From UHGV virus genome UHGV-1375844: a DNA stretch of 64,000 bases; one strand, written 5' to 3'. This DNA comes from a virus. The notes under the pieces were generated by a model. It had not been told where the DNA came from and made no database searches. It was given only the letters and a program-made list of their open reading frames with translations. Made by a program: the position numbers and the translations under genes. Position 1 is the first letter of the stretch. Every line of letters begins with the position of its first letter. Shown piece by piece: positions 9,363 through 18,131 of the stretch.

Positions 9363-9604
9363 GTTATTTAGTGTGGTGGCCGGCGCTGATCTCCGGCATA
9401 ACAACCCGACTTAAATTCGCGACTTTAAATCGGTTCCTCCGTTTGTCCACTTTAGCCCGGAGTTAGCAACCTCAGTCACTCACCGATATGCCTATCGGTG
9501 GCGCGCATCAGCCTGCGCATTCACCACAACGGTGAGAGCACTCTTGGCGAACCTGTAGATTGGGCTATGATCCCGTTACAAGCGAATGCTCTTACCTGTT
9601 GTGT

Positions 9605-9737
9605 TGGTGCCGGTTAACGGACTCGAACCGTTGACCTCTGGCCTAACATCGGATCGTTGTCATTGACCAGCCATGCTGTCTACCGAAGTAGAAACGATGC
9701 TTTGGCTCTCGCGCTCTACCAACTGAGCTAAACCGGC
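9605..9737 (-). tRNA. tRNA-like element with a ~58-nt internal insertion (disrupted or intron-bearing tRNA)
   Basis: Reverse complement starts GCCGGTTTAGCTCAGTTGGTAGAGC (acceptor + D arm) and ends AACGGTTCGAGTCCGTTAACCGGCACCA (T arm + acceptor + CCA), but 79 nt separate the D arm from the T arm; the insert contains a UUCG-tetraloop hairpin (tctac-ttcg-gtaga). Confidence 0.35.
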
Positions 9738-9739
9738 AT

Positions 9740-9814
9740 TGGCGATGATGGGTGGATTCGAACCACCGACCAGTTGATTAACAGTCAACCGCTCTACCAC
9801 TGAGCTACACCATC
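9740..9814 (-). tRNA. tRNA-Asn: tRNA-Asn (anticodon GUU)
   Basis: Reverse complement GATGGTGTAGCTCAGTGGTAGAGCGGTTGACTGTTAATCAACTGGTCGGTGGTTCGAATCCACCCATCATCGCCA folds as a canonical cloverleaf; anticodon loop CTGTTAA. Confidence 0.8.
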
Positions 9815-9829
9815 AATTTCGCAGCGGTA

Positions 9830-10530
9830 CTGGCTTCAAAGATGAAGTTTTCCCGCAACTTGCACTTTGCGTTAGTGCCAGACGAGGCTTGCGGCTCGCT
9901 CAAATAGAGCGAAGATCTTAAACACTGCTCGGTGCTTCAGAGAGCGCCGGGGAGTCAGATCTTATTGGATGTATGGAATCATCCGTGTTGTGGCAGCTAC
10001 ATGCTAAAACCAGAGGGTATTACTATTGCCACAACGTTGAGGCCACTAAACCAGTAATGTTTGCCCAACATCTTTGTCAGTCGCTACAGCCTCTGTGGAT
10101 TCACCTGTATGATTGAAAGAAACAGTGGCCTCAACGTTGTGTGCTGGCTAACCAGGCCAGCCGGGTTACGTCGCCGATCTTCTTTAACCCAAGACAAAAC
10201 GACATAAGTAATGGAAATGACGTAACAGGATGAACGGTCGATAACTGAAACCGGGATAGGTGAATGGAATGAGGAAACCAACCGCCCATCCTGTTACTTC
10301 ATCGGAGAGGGCATGGGTGGTGCCGTATCATGCCCTCTCCTGCGTTCTGCAATCACACTCGCTCAGTGTGTCCCATTTCGGTGACGAGGCTGGAAACTGA
10401 CCTCGCTGGTGTTTGGCTTATTATGCTACTGCCAGATACTGATTGTCGTTTGCAGTTATCTTTAAACGTTCAAACAGTCGCGTACTAACGAAAACAAAGC
10501 AATCTTATACATATCATAAAAATAAGTAAA
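9830..10530. other. ORF-poor, highly structured non-coding region (candidate ncRNA or origin)
   Basis: Perfect 17-bp inverted repeat acaacgttgaggccact (10031-10047) / agtggcctcaacgttgt (10124-10140); perfect 12-bp-stem hairpin ggagagggcatg (10304-10315) / catgccctctcc (10329-10340); 11-bp inverted repeat gtaacaggatg / catcctgttac; no convincing ORF. Confidence 0.4.
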
Positions 10531-10537
10531 TACTTAT
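10521..10537. repeat. Intergenic palindrome family, copy
   Basis: aataagtaaatacttat. Confidence 0.5.
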
Positions 10538-10839
10538 CTATCGGTTATGCGTTCAGTTGATAACTTTTTGATCAGAGTCCCCTTCGAAGAGGGGGTTCGT
10601 GAGACAGTGGCGGTAAATCGCTTACCGTGGATAGTAATACTCTCGTGCTCCTTCAGTTCCCCATAGCGGATTTCCAATAGGGCGCCAAGACGCCATAGTC
10701 CATCATCGATACGCTTTTTACTGGCAAACTTTATCAGCAACCATTTCACAATAAATTGGCCTGCAGCGAATGCGCACGCAACGCCAGCTGCCGTAAAGTA
10801 GGCGACCAGCCACCAGTCGAGTGAGGTCAGTTCCGTCAT
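10534..10839 (-). CDS. Hypothetical membrane protein (101 aa)
   Basis: N-terminal hydrophobic helix (WWLVAYFTAAGVACAFAAGQFIV); start overlaps the stop of the upstream small ORF (ATGA). Confidence 0.5.
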   Translation of the reverse strand: MTELTSLDWWLVAYFTAAGVACAFAAGQFIVKWLLIKFASKKRIDDGLWRLGALLEIRYGELKEHESITIHGKRFTATVSRTPSSKGTLIKKLSTERITDR

Positions 10840-10988
10840 TTTGGCGCCCCTGTTTCATGAACTACACGATATACACGCTTGCCTATGCGCATAGATTTTG
10901 TTTTAAGCTGCTGCTTAACCAGATGTCGATGTGCGATGAAGCCGAGGCTCGCGCCAACAATCAAAGCTAATGTGATGTATGGAATCAT
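10836..10988 (-). CDS. Small membrane protein (50 aa), not in ORF track
   Basis: Own translation: MIPYITLALIVGASLGFIAHRHLVKQQLKTKSMRIGKRVYRVVHETGAPK; start/stop overlaps (ATGA) with both neighbours indicate translational coupling. Confidence 0.4.
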   Translation of the reverse strand: MIPYITLALIVGASLGFIAHRHLVKQQLKTKSMRIGKRVYRVVHETGAPK

Positions 10989-11194
10989 GAGTAAGCACCT
11001 GTTTCCGTCAGTTGTTTCAGTAATTCTCGGCCTTTTTTGGTCAACTGATAGTTCTCTGTTTTGCCCTCTGGCTCGACGTTGGCGACAAGGTTCATCCTCT
11101 CAAGTTTGGCACGCGTTTTTGGCTGCCAGTGTGCGTAGAAACACGACCATTTGCTGATTTCTCGAAGGGTGTCTCGTTCCCGCTTACTAAGCAT
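10985..11194 (-). CDS. Hypothetical small protein (start at internal Met, MLSKRERDTL)
   Basis: ORF track 10985..11233; C-terminal segment resembles a winged-helix DNA-binding protein. Confidence 0.4.
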   Translation of the reverse strand: MLSKRERDTLREISKWSCFYAHWQPKTRAKLERMNLVANVEPEGKTENYQLTKKGRELLKQLTETGAYS

Positions 11195-11352
11195 GATCAT
11201 CATTAACCCCCTGCAACTTATCAGTAATATCAATGATGCGATAAATGCGCCCTCTTCTCTGCATGATGCCCTCTTTCACGTAATCATTGAGACAACTACT
11301 CATCACCATGCTGCCGATAACAATCCCCAACCCCAAAAAAGCAATCATCCAG
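11187..11352 (-). CDS. Small membrane protein (~55 aa), not in ORF track
   Basis: Own translation: MMLGWMIAFLGLGIVIGSMVMSSCLNDYVKEGIMQRRGRIYRIIDITDKLQGVNDDHA; AGGAG RBS upstream; directly downstream of the ligase. Confidence 0.35.
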
Positions 11353-11359
11353 CCAAGCA

Positions 11360-12682
11360 TCATTCCTTGTCTCCTATGCGATCTTCCGTATCACGTAAGC
11401 AGCGCGGCCACTTCAATCGAGGGTGACGCAAACTACCGTCTGGCGTTTTCTCGTGACAGTGAACCTCTACAATGCGCCCGCGATACTTCTCCTGATTGTT
11501 CCAAATTTCATCCAGGTAACGGTGCTTTATGCCACTGGCTCGAACGACAACTCCATTCTCCAGCCGGATAACGATTTTCCCCAATGTATGTGCAAAACCA
11601 GAGTCCGGATCGCCTGGCTCGAAGTCGATAATTTCCCCGTCTTCAGAGTCTTCGTCTTTTAGCTTCCACCAGCTGCGGGAGCGCTTAAACTCATAAACAG
11701 AATCCGGATCTTTGCCCATCTCCCCTTCTTCATTGTCATCGAGGCGTTTCATAAAGCGCTCAATGAAGTCTTCATGGCTATGGATTATGTAGAACGGGTG
11801 CAAATGGATGTCCGGTGCATAGTCTTCACCGCGGGTGTTTCTGAACCATGCCACCAGCGAGGACAGGCGTTCTTTCAGCTTCATGCCCGTCTTCGCATAT
11901 TCTTTTGACTTAGCCAGAGAGCGCCATTCCGGCAAGAAGAAGTCAAAAATGTGATAGACCGCGCCGATCGCTTTTACGTTTTTCTTCCGCAGCGCGGAAA
12001 CAGACTGATTGAACGAACCTGCAGTTCCCTCTCCATCAAAGAAAATGTGTTTGTGGCCAGTGAGTCTCCCCAGCTCTAACATGGCCGGCTTTAAGTGATC
12101 GAGCGAAGTGATCGGGTTGCCTGTACGTGAAAGGAAATTAACCTCTTCCTCATCGACAATGACCTCACAAATGACGCGCAGCCCATCCAGCTTGAGGCTG
12201 CCGATCATTGGCCATTTTGCCTTCGGATTTGGCTTGAACGGATATTTGTCGCCTTTCTCCTTATATGCTGTTGCCAGCTGCACCTCGAACTTGGGAATTG
12301 GGGTTTCAAATACCTTGTTGCATAAACTTATGCCAACGCCGGCTTTCGGATCTTTGAGCAGAAAGCGGCGAAAAACATCCTGCCCATCAGCGCACATCGA
12401 GGCCACAATAGACTCAACGGCAGTGATGGCCGCATTACCGGTTAGTTCGCGTGCTGCGAGTTTCTCCAGTAACTCAACTGCCTTTTCATCGCTTGGAACC
12501 GACTGTTCCAGCGGCATGGCCACTTTATATTTCTTTACCCCGAATCGAATAAACGGGTTGAGCATCAGCGAAACCATGCTCTGTTCGAAAGCATCCATGC
12601 TGGCCAATGCCTCTTTTTTGGCATTGGTTCCCATCGTTTTAATGGCATCCAGCTTATGCTTCAAGGCGATCAATTTTTCCAT
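11360..12682 (-). CDS. ATP-dependent DNA ligase
   Basis: 440 aa; adenylation motif I K-x-D-G (SLKLDGLRVICEV). Confidence 0.8.
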   Translation of the reverse strand: MEKLIALKHKLDAIKTMGTNAKKEALASMDAFEQSMVSLMLNPFIRFGVKKYKVAMPLEQSVPSDEKAVELLEKLAARELTGNAAITAVESIVASMCADGQDVFRRFLLKDPKAGVGISLCNKVFETPIPKFEVQLATAYKEKGDKYPFKPNPKAKWPMIGSLKLDGLRVICEVIVDEEEVNFLSRTGNPITSLDHLKPAMLELGRLTGHKHIFFDGEGTAGSFNQSVSALRKKNVKAIGAVYHIFDFFLPEWRSLAKSKEYAKTGMKLKERLSSLVAWFRNTRGEDYAPDIHLHPFYIIHSHEDFIERFMKRLDDNEEGEMGKDPDSVYEFKRSRSWWKLKDEDSEDGEIIDFEPGDPDSGFAHTLGKIVIRLENGVVVRASGIKHRYLDEIWNNQEKYRGRIVEVHCHEKTPDGSLRHPRLKWPRCLRDTEDRIGDKE

Positions 12683-12716
12683 AGCTATTCAACCTCCATC
12701 GGTCGCTCGGGAGTTC

Positions 12717-13184
12717 TCATGTGTTTTCTTTTGTTGCTTCTTCAACAAGTGCCGCGTACACGTCAGTGACGGGCGCCAGTGATTCTTTAGATGTGGTATC
12801 TGGGTTCGCTTTCTTAGTACGCTTGACCAGACTGTTTATGTTTGTGGAATTGCGTTTGCGGTGGTTGGTTGTGGCGTTCCTGTTGCGCTCTTCAACTTCC
12901 TTAATGAGAGCTGCCATATCGACGAAGTAGATGGGTTCCCCTTTGCGGATCTCCTCAACCATCATCTTTACCGCTTTGCATTTGCCAGCGGCAATAGCCG
13001 TGGCGCAGGATGTAAAGGACGTTGCCGGCAAACGCTTCTCTTTGTAAGCGAGTATGGTGTGCTGGCAGACGGTGTAGCTGCAATGCGCATCATCACCGCC
13101 TATCTTCACTTCGGGACAGCGAAGCGAATAGCCGTTGTTTCCGGAGATGGACGGGATTTTAGAAAAATCTGTTCTTGTGGACAT
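12717..13184 (-). CDS. Hypothetical Cys-rich protein (possible zinc-binding)
   Basis: ORF track 12717..13232, start moved to ATG 13184 (MSTRTDFSK); CPEVKIGGDDAHCSYTVCQH ... SCATAIAAGKCK. Confidence 0.45.
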   Translation of the reverse strand: MSTRTDFSKIPSISGNNGYSLRCPEVKIGGDDAHCSYTVCQHTILAYKEKRLPATSFTSCATAIAAGKCKAVKMMVEEIRKGEPIYFVDMAALIKEVEERNRNATTNHRKRNSTNINSLVKRTKKANPDTTSKESLAPVTDVYAALVEEATKENT

Positions 13185-13202
13185 ATAACAAACCGTAGTC
13201 TT

Positions 13203-13220
13203 GTACTTACTTAATAAGTG
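13203..13220. repeat. Intergenic palindrome family, variant copy
   Basis: gtacttacttaataagtg. Confidence 0.35.
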
Positions 13221-13265
13221 GATTCTAAACAAGCCCCATCAGGGGGCTAAGTGTTTAAGTAAGGC

Positions 13266-14060
13266 TTACCAGGTCGCCCAGCCGGTCATCTTGCCTTGTG
13301 CGGCCTCGAATCTAAACGGCTCAAGTAGTTCATTGGCGTGGTGGACGGCATATGATTTGGCCTCCTGCTTAACCATTGGGAGATCATTAGCCAGACGGAC
13401 AACCTGCCCCGCAAAGCTCGCGAGGACGCCATCGCAAGCCTGTCCTGCATCGACAATGATGCGCACCAGGTCAAGGTCGCTATGACACATATCGCAGATG
13501 GTGCCGTATTCAACCTCACGAACACGCTCCACAGCCTTCTTGGTGTCAGCATTTACAACTAAATCCAGCAGACCAGGCGGGGTCTTCAGCTCAGAAGAAC
13601 GTTCCATTACTTCAGGCAATTCGATGATGCTTAAGAATGCGGCGCAGGCTGTGTCCTCTTCCGTTTCCGCTCTGTTTTTGATCGCTCTTAGGGTGATGTC
13701 TACGACACTAAGAAGATCTTCACCATGCAGGCATTGGGCGTAATTTGTGAAGACGATACGGCCGTCGTACCAGGCACCGGTACGTATCTCCATCGCTCCA
13801 TTCTCAGCCTTCTTCATGAAAGCCACCAACGCGGCACGCTTCGGTTTAATGCCCGGTAATTCAGGGGACTCTCCAAAGCGAACCCACACCCGCATGTAAG
13901 AAGAACCTTCAGCAAGCGATACGGTCTTTAGCACCTGTGCAATATGCTTCAACGCCGCATCGATGGCTTCACCAACAATTTTCTGGCGTTCGTCAGCGTC
14001 GATTTCCACGCCCGATTTATCAATCATCTCTGTCACGGATTTTTGAATGTCTTCTTTCAT
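13266..14060 (-). CDS. Hypothetical protein (264 aa)
   Basis: ORF track; between ligase and primase in the replication module; no motif recognised. Confidence 0.5.
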   Translation of the reverse strand: MKEDIQKSVTEMIDKSGVEIDADERQKIVGEAIDAALKHIAQVLKTVSLAEGSSYMRVWVRFGESPELPGIKPKRAALVAFMKKAENGAMEIRTGAWYDGRIVFTNYAQCLHGEDLLSVVDITLRAIKNRAETEEDTACAAFLSIIELPEVMERSSELKTPPGLLDLVVNADTKKAVERVREVEYGTICDMCHSDLDLVRIIVDAGQACDGVLASFAGQVVRLANDLPMVKQEAKSYAVHHANELLEPFRFEAAQGKMTGWATW

Positions 14061-14101
14061 CGGTATTCCTCACTCAACAATGCGCTTATTCTTACAGAAA
14101 T

Positions 14102-14121
14102 ATAAGTAAGCATCTACTTAT
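14102..14121. repeat. Intergenic palindrome family, copy
   Basis: ataagtaagcatctacttat between primase and the 264-aa gene. Confidence 0.6.
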
Positions 14122-14138
14122 CATAAAGGCTATAAAAC

Positions 14139-15254
14139 CTACACGAGAGCTTTGATGCCAAGCACCTTGCTTTGCAGTTCAAGCTGTCTTGTGTAGGGTT
14201 TCGCACGATAATAGGCTTTGAGGATTTGCTCTGGCGTCGCGTCGCCCGGGTCAAGTCCTTCCTCTCCTAAGCAGGCGACTTTAACGTTGATGCCCAGACT
14301 GGCGAGTCGTCTGGCCGCCGACATCGTGTTGCGGATCGCTTGCTTCTCGCTATCCCACATCATAATGACGTTTCGCAGACCACGGGCCTTCAGTGTCAGG
14401 AACGCGCCCAGCTGGTCTTCTGCATCTTCCGTTGTATTTCCGGATAAGTGCATCCCGAACGTACCTATTGGCTCGACGTACTCTCGCAACGTCTCTTCTT
14501 CGAATATGGCGCGCTTAACCCCCATGACATCAAACGCACCTTCACACACGACGACCGTCTGCTTTCCGACCGCGTTATGGCCGTTGTAGAGAAACTTTCC
14601 GGAGGCTGGCAGCTGCATGGGGAAAAGGTAGCGACGTTCTGCTGTGCCGGTGACATCACGCCCCTGGAATGTCTTCATGACACCATCCAGATCGTAAACC
14701 GGTATGAGAATGCGCATGTCAAACACCTGCCCCTTCACCTGGTCGGTGTAGGGATCGACATACGCGTGCTTGCCTTCCACGCAATAACGAAGGTCAAAGT
14801 ATCTGGCCATTTCCGGCGTTATGAGACGCTTAACGAGATAATCAGGAAGTCGCCCATCGATAGGCAGTTCATAGTGGCGCGGAAGAGCAACTGGCCCCTC
14901 AAGCTCAACACCACTGGATAACACCACTTCTTCTTTCTTCGGCGCCCACCCCTGCGAGATTAAGGCATTCTGAACGTATGCCTCGAAATCCCGGCGTGAT
15001 TTGCCACTGTAGTGCTTGAGAAAAACCAGCTTGTTAAACTGAATCTCTTCGGGGTGATCGCCCGCAAAACATTTACCTACGCCATGAGAGAGGTTGAAAT
15101 ACACTTTCCAGTTTGAGCTGCCGCATACCGGACACTCTTTGATGTTAATTTCTCGTCCGCGCGTACTCACTCCGCCGCGACGATAGATAACGCCTTCAGT
15201 ATCGAGCCATTGTTCAAAATCCAGCTCGGTCAGTAACTCTTTCAGGTCGCTCAC
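14139..15254 (-). CDS. DNA primase (zinc-ribbon + TOPRIM-like)
   Basis: CPVCGSSNWKVYF...GVGKCFAGDHP zinc ribbon; VVVCEGAFDVMG TOPRIM-like acidic motif; immediately downstream of the helicase. Confidence 0.75.
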   Translation of the reverse strand: MSDLKELLTELDFEQWLDTEGVIYRRGGVSTRGREINIKECPVCGSSNWKVYFNLSHGVGKCFAGDHPEEIQFNKLVFLKHYSGKSRRDFEAYVQNALISQGWAPKKEEVVLSSGVELEGPVALPRHYELPIDGRLPDYLVKRLITPEMARYFDLRYCVEGKHAYVDPYTDQVKGQVFDMRILIPVYDLDGVMKTFQGRDVTGTAERRYLFPMQLPASGKFLYNGHNAVGKQTVVVCEGAFDVMGVKRAIFEEETLREYVEPIGTFGMHLSGNTTEDAEDQLGAFLTLKARGLRNVIMMWDSEKQAIRNTMSAARRLASLGINVKVACLGEEGLDPGDATPEQILKAYYRAKPYTRQLELQSKVLGIKALV

Positions 15255-15404
15255 GTTTAAACCTACTTTTTTCAGGCAATATTTTGATTACTCTCGGTTT
15301 TTAGTTACCATAGAGGCTCATGTGTTTTTCTTTTGTGGTTTTGGCAAAAGAAAACTTAAATCTCTGATGGATTAAGGCGTGGAGAGACTTTCCACGCCTG
15401 TTTT

Positions 15405-16745
15405 TTATAAAACATCCATGATTCTTTCGATAAACCGCATTTGTTCCAGGTTCTGTTTGACACGGATGCTCACCCCGCCCTTCTGGTTACGTGAACCAGC
15501 AAAGTAGAGTCTTGCCTCGCCTTTTGCTTCTTCCTCTTCCGTTTTGTTGATAGTGATGACCAGGTCAGCGATACGCACCTTCTCGATGTTGTCTGCTGCG
15601 TGCATCATGGTCGCCACTTCCGATGCCCCACCTTCCCTGTTTGTTTGGGATGCGGTGATGCCGGCAACGTTGTGCTTGTCGTACAGCGCACGAAGATCGG
15701 TGTAAATGCTTCGTATGTTTGCCCGGTCATCACGGAGGTCGTAGCTCGGCCGCATCAGATCGGCATAATCGACAACCACCATATCCGGGATCATGCCATT
15801 TGCCTTCATGCCACCCAGCATACGGTCAAGATCTGCAGGCGATACGCTTCCGGATGGCCGCTCAACAATCCACAAGCTCCCAACCCCTTTCGTCGCCCCC
15901 AGCTCCGCCAGTTTGCGGTGGACGTCGTCGCGGCGCTCCACCAGCTTGGACATTTCCGTCTCGGACAGACGGGCGTCGAAACGGTCTGACAGAATAGAGG
16001 TGTGTACTTCCAGCGACAGATACAGGACGTTGTAACCGGCAAGCGTGGCGTTGACAGAGAACTCACCCATCGCCGTCGATTTACCAGACTTCGCGAAGCC
16101 CATGAACAGCACCATTTCACGCTTGGCCCAGCCTTTCTGGTAAAGCAGTTTATCGAGCAGGGGGAGACCCGTTGTGATGCTGTTTGGCACGTAATCGTCA
16201 GATGCCTCGTACTCACGCGTCTTGTAACGCTCTGCTGACTCAGAGAAGTAATCGTAGATGCCGGTCGCTTCGTTAGAGCCGATTTGCTGGACTTTGGCCA
16301 TGATTGCCATCGCGCCCTGGAAATCGCCCTTCTCCTTCATCTCAGCCGCTTTGATTAGCGCGTCGTCGAACGCCACGCTTTTGGCGAACGTCGCGACCTG
16401 GTCGACCATGTACGCCGTGTCTGACAGCTTCTCAGCGAGAATCCGCTTAAACGCCTCAACAACATCGGGGAACAGCTCTTCGCGGATCGTCTTATCGCGT
16501 TTGGCGCGTTTGAGCATGTCGAGGATGGCCGACGACGAAGGTGCGCTTTTGTACATTCTGTAATAGCCAGACACCATATTCACCAGCAGGGCATTGGCCG
16601 CGTTGGAGAACTGGTTAGGTGCAACCAAATCGCCTGCACGAGTCAGAAACTCATGGTCGCGACAGAAATAGGCTGCGAGCCGGTTCTGGAAGTCGTCATC
16701 GAACTCTTCTGACAACCCTCGTCCTGTGTGGCAAAGTTCGGTCAT
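15405..16745 (-). CDS. Replicative DNA helicase, DnaB-like
   Basis: 446 aa; Walker A GFAKSGKSTAMGEF; RecA-like C-terminal domain; adjacent primase. Confidence 0.8.
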   Translation of the reverse strand: MTELCHTGRGLSEEFDDDFQNRLAAYFCRDHEFLTRAGDLVAPNQFSNAANALLVNMVSGYYRMYKSAPSSSAILDMLKRAKRDKTIREELFPDVVEAFKRILAEKLSDTAYMVDQVATFAKSVAFDDALIKAAEMKEKGDFQGAMAIMAKVQQIGSNEATGIYDYFSESAERYKTREYEASDDYVPNSITTGLPLLDKLLYQKGWAKREMVLFMGFAKSGKSTAMGEFSVNATLAGYNVLYLSLEVHTSILSDRFDARLSETEMSKLVERRDDVHRKLAELGATKGVGSLWIVERPSGSVSPADLDRMLGGMKANGMIPDMVVVDYADLMRPSYDLRDDRANIRSIYTDLRALYDKHNVAGITASQTNREGGASEVATMMHAADNIEKVRIADLVITINKTEEEEAKGEARLYFAGSRNQKGGVSIRVKQNLEQMRFIERIMDVL

Positions 16746-16763
16746 GTGCTTTCCTTTAGTTCT

Positions 16764-16784
16764 TAAACAAATTGTTTTCTAATG
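16764..16784 (-). promoter_or_regulatory. Conserved promoter-proximal near-palindrome, copy 2, upstream of the helicase
   Basis: taaacaaattgttttctaatg, 19 nt upstream of the helicase start. Confidence 0.45.
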
Positions 16785-16805
16785 CTAAAAAAGCCAGATA
16801 GGGGA

Positions 16806-17531
16806 TCAACAGAAACGCCGCGCTTCTTCCAGCTCTTCCGGAAAGTGGGCGTAGATAACTCGCTCAGGCACAACTTCCATGAGCCAGATGGCAGAAAAAA
16901 TTATGCGTATGCGCTTATCCCGGGTGATGCCACGTAAACGCTCCAGAACCCACTCAAAATAGCTTTCCTGAATCGGGTCGTGCTGCATGTCTCCCATATG
17001 CTTAAAACTCACCAGAGAGTCATCCAGACGGGTTACAGCGCGTTTAGCTAACTTCTCTTCGAATATCTCGATTAGCTCTGGCTGCCAGAGATGTTGTGGG
17101 CGAGGTAATTTGTCCCACAACCGGCGTGCAGCTGCGGAGAGAACGGTGGAGATGAAGTAGTCATAAGAGCAGCAATAACGATCTGCGAACTGCCTGGCTT
17201 TCCAGAGAGAAGTCTTATTGGCTGTGGATAGCTCCTGATATGGCAAACGCTTCAGGCCAGTTGTAAACGGTGCTGTCTCGAAGTGTTCACGTCCATGCGA
17301 CAGCATGATGTAGGAGTACTGCCGCTTGTATGCTTCGGTGAACAGACATGTCGCCATTAGCGGGTGCATATCGCGGTAGTCGAACCACTTGGAGTCATAC
17401 AACTCGGCCTCATCCTTACAGCGCGAAAGACCGATGTTTTCGGCCACCCACTTGTCCATGACAGCGGTGTCCCACTCCTTCATGAAGGCGTACTGGTCGT
17501 TGTCGATAGTGTTGAAGAAAATCTGGCTCAT
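16806..17531 (-). CDS. Hypothetical protein (241 aa)
   Basis: ORF track; no motif recognised. Confidence 0.5.
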   Translation of the reverse strand: MSQIFFNTIDNDQYAFMKEWDTAVMDKWVAENIGLSRCKDEAELYDSKWFDYRDMHPLMATCLFTEAYKRQYSYIMLSHGREHFETAPFTTGLKRLPYQELSTANKTSLWKARQFADRYCCSYDYFISTVLSAAARRLWDKLPRPQHLWQPELIEIFEEKLAKRAVTRLDDSLVSFKHMGDMQHDPIQESYFEWVLERLRGITRDKRIRIIFSAIWLMEVVPERVIYAHFPEELEEARRFC

Positions 17532-17544
17532 GTGATCCGCTATG

Positions 17545-17563
17545 GTAGGTAGTTACTTACTTA
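17545..17563. repeat. Intergenic palindrome family, copy
   Basis: taggtagttacttacttat. Confidence 0.5.
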
Positions 17564-17649
17564 TCAAAGTGAGCGAATCATAACGACTGGAGACAGCTTT
17601 TGGAAGTGGCAACTGAAGGGAATGTGTCTGGGAAGCTCGTTGTGAAAAG

Positions 17650-17706
17650 ACCTGCTTCCGTATAAATAATAATAAGTAACTTAGTATTTATATACAGAAG
17701 CAGGTT
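17650..17706. repeat. Long palindrome A (CCTGCTTCCGTATA - AT-rich centre - TATACGGAAGCAGG family)
   Basis: acctgcttccgtata ... tatacagaagcaggt, 14 of 15 arm positions paired, ~27-nt AT-rich centre; second copy at 51708-51765. Confidence 0.6.
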
Positions 17707-17720
17707 ATAAAATCCTTTAT

Positions 17721-18131
17721 CTATTTTTCGATAACTCTTTGTTCAACTTCTTGCATCTGCTTTTCAGTGAGACTAGAAATGTGTTGATTCAGCAACAGAT
17801 TGCGGTAGAAACTTTTTTGAGCCTCCGATAAATCCTGTCGCTTATCAATGTTTCTCAAAGCATTGCCGTAACTCTCGCTGATCGCATCACCATTGAATGC
17901 CTCAATAATGGTTTTCACATTCATAGCCAAGACGCCAAAGATAAAACAACCAGTGTTGTATACCCAGTCTACAACAAACCCTTTGGCGTACAAGAAAGGG
18001 GTTAAAATGTGAAGAATAACCCAAAGCAAAGCGCCAATTATTATTCCAAAAGCAGTTCTAAGCGGATAGCCCAAAAACAGAATATCTATTGCCCGATTTA
18101 AATTCCGACTAAAGAAATCATGATCTGGCAT
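17721..18131 (-). CDS. Hypothetical membrane protein (136 aa), AT-rich
   Basis: Two predicted TM helices; last gene of the ParA operon; start overlaps upstream gene. Confidence 0.5.
   Translation of the reverse strand: MPDHDFFSRNLNRAIDILFLGYPLRTAFGIIIGALLWVILHILTPFLYAKGFVVDWVYNTGCFIFGVLAMNVKTIIEAFNGDAISESYGNALRNIDKRQDLSEAQKSFYRNLLLNQHISSLTEKQMQEVEQRVIEK

Noticed and set aside
4391-10990. 12-15-nt identical segments containing GTATGGAATCAT at 4417, 9971 and 10976 as possible att core or island boundaries
   Set aside because: Identical 12-15-mers are expected at roughly this frequency by chance in 64 kb; two copies coincide with small-ORF start codons; no supporting integrase-proximal symmetry
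15600-16563. Plus-strand ORFs antisense to the DnaB-like helicase gene (15600..15989, 15719..15997, 15793..16035, 16002..16238, 16258..16563)
   Set aside because: Fully overlapped by a well-supported helicase gene; no RBS; typical antisense open frames in GC-balanced coding DNA
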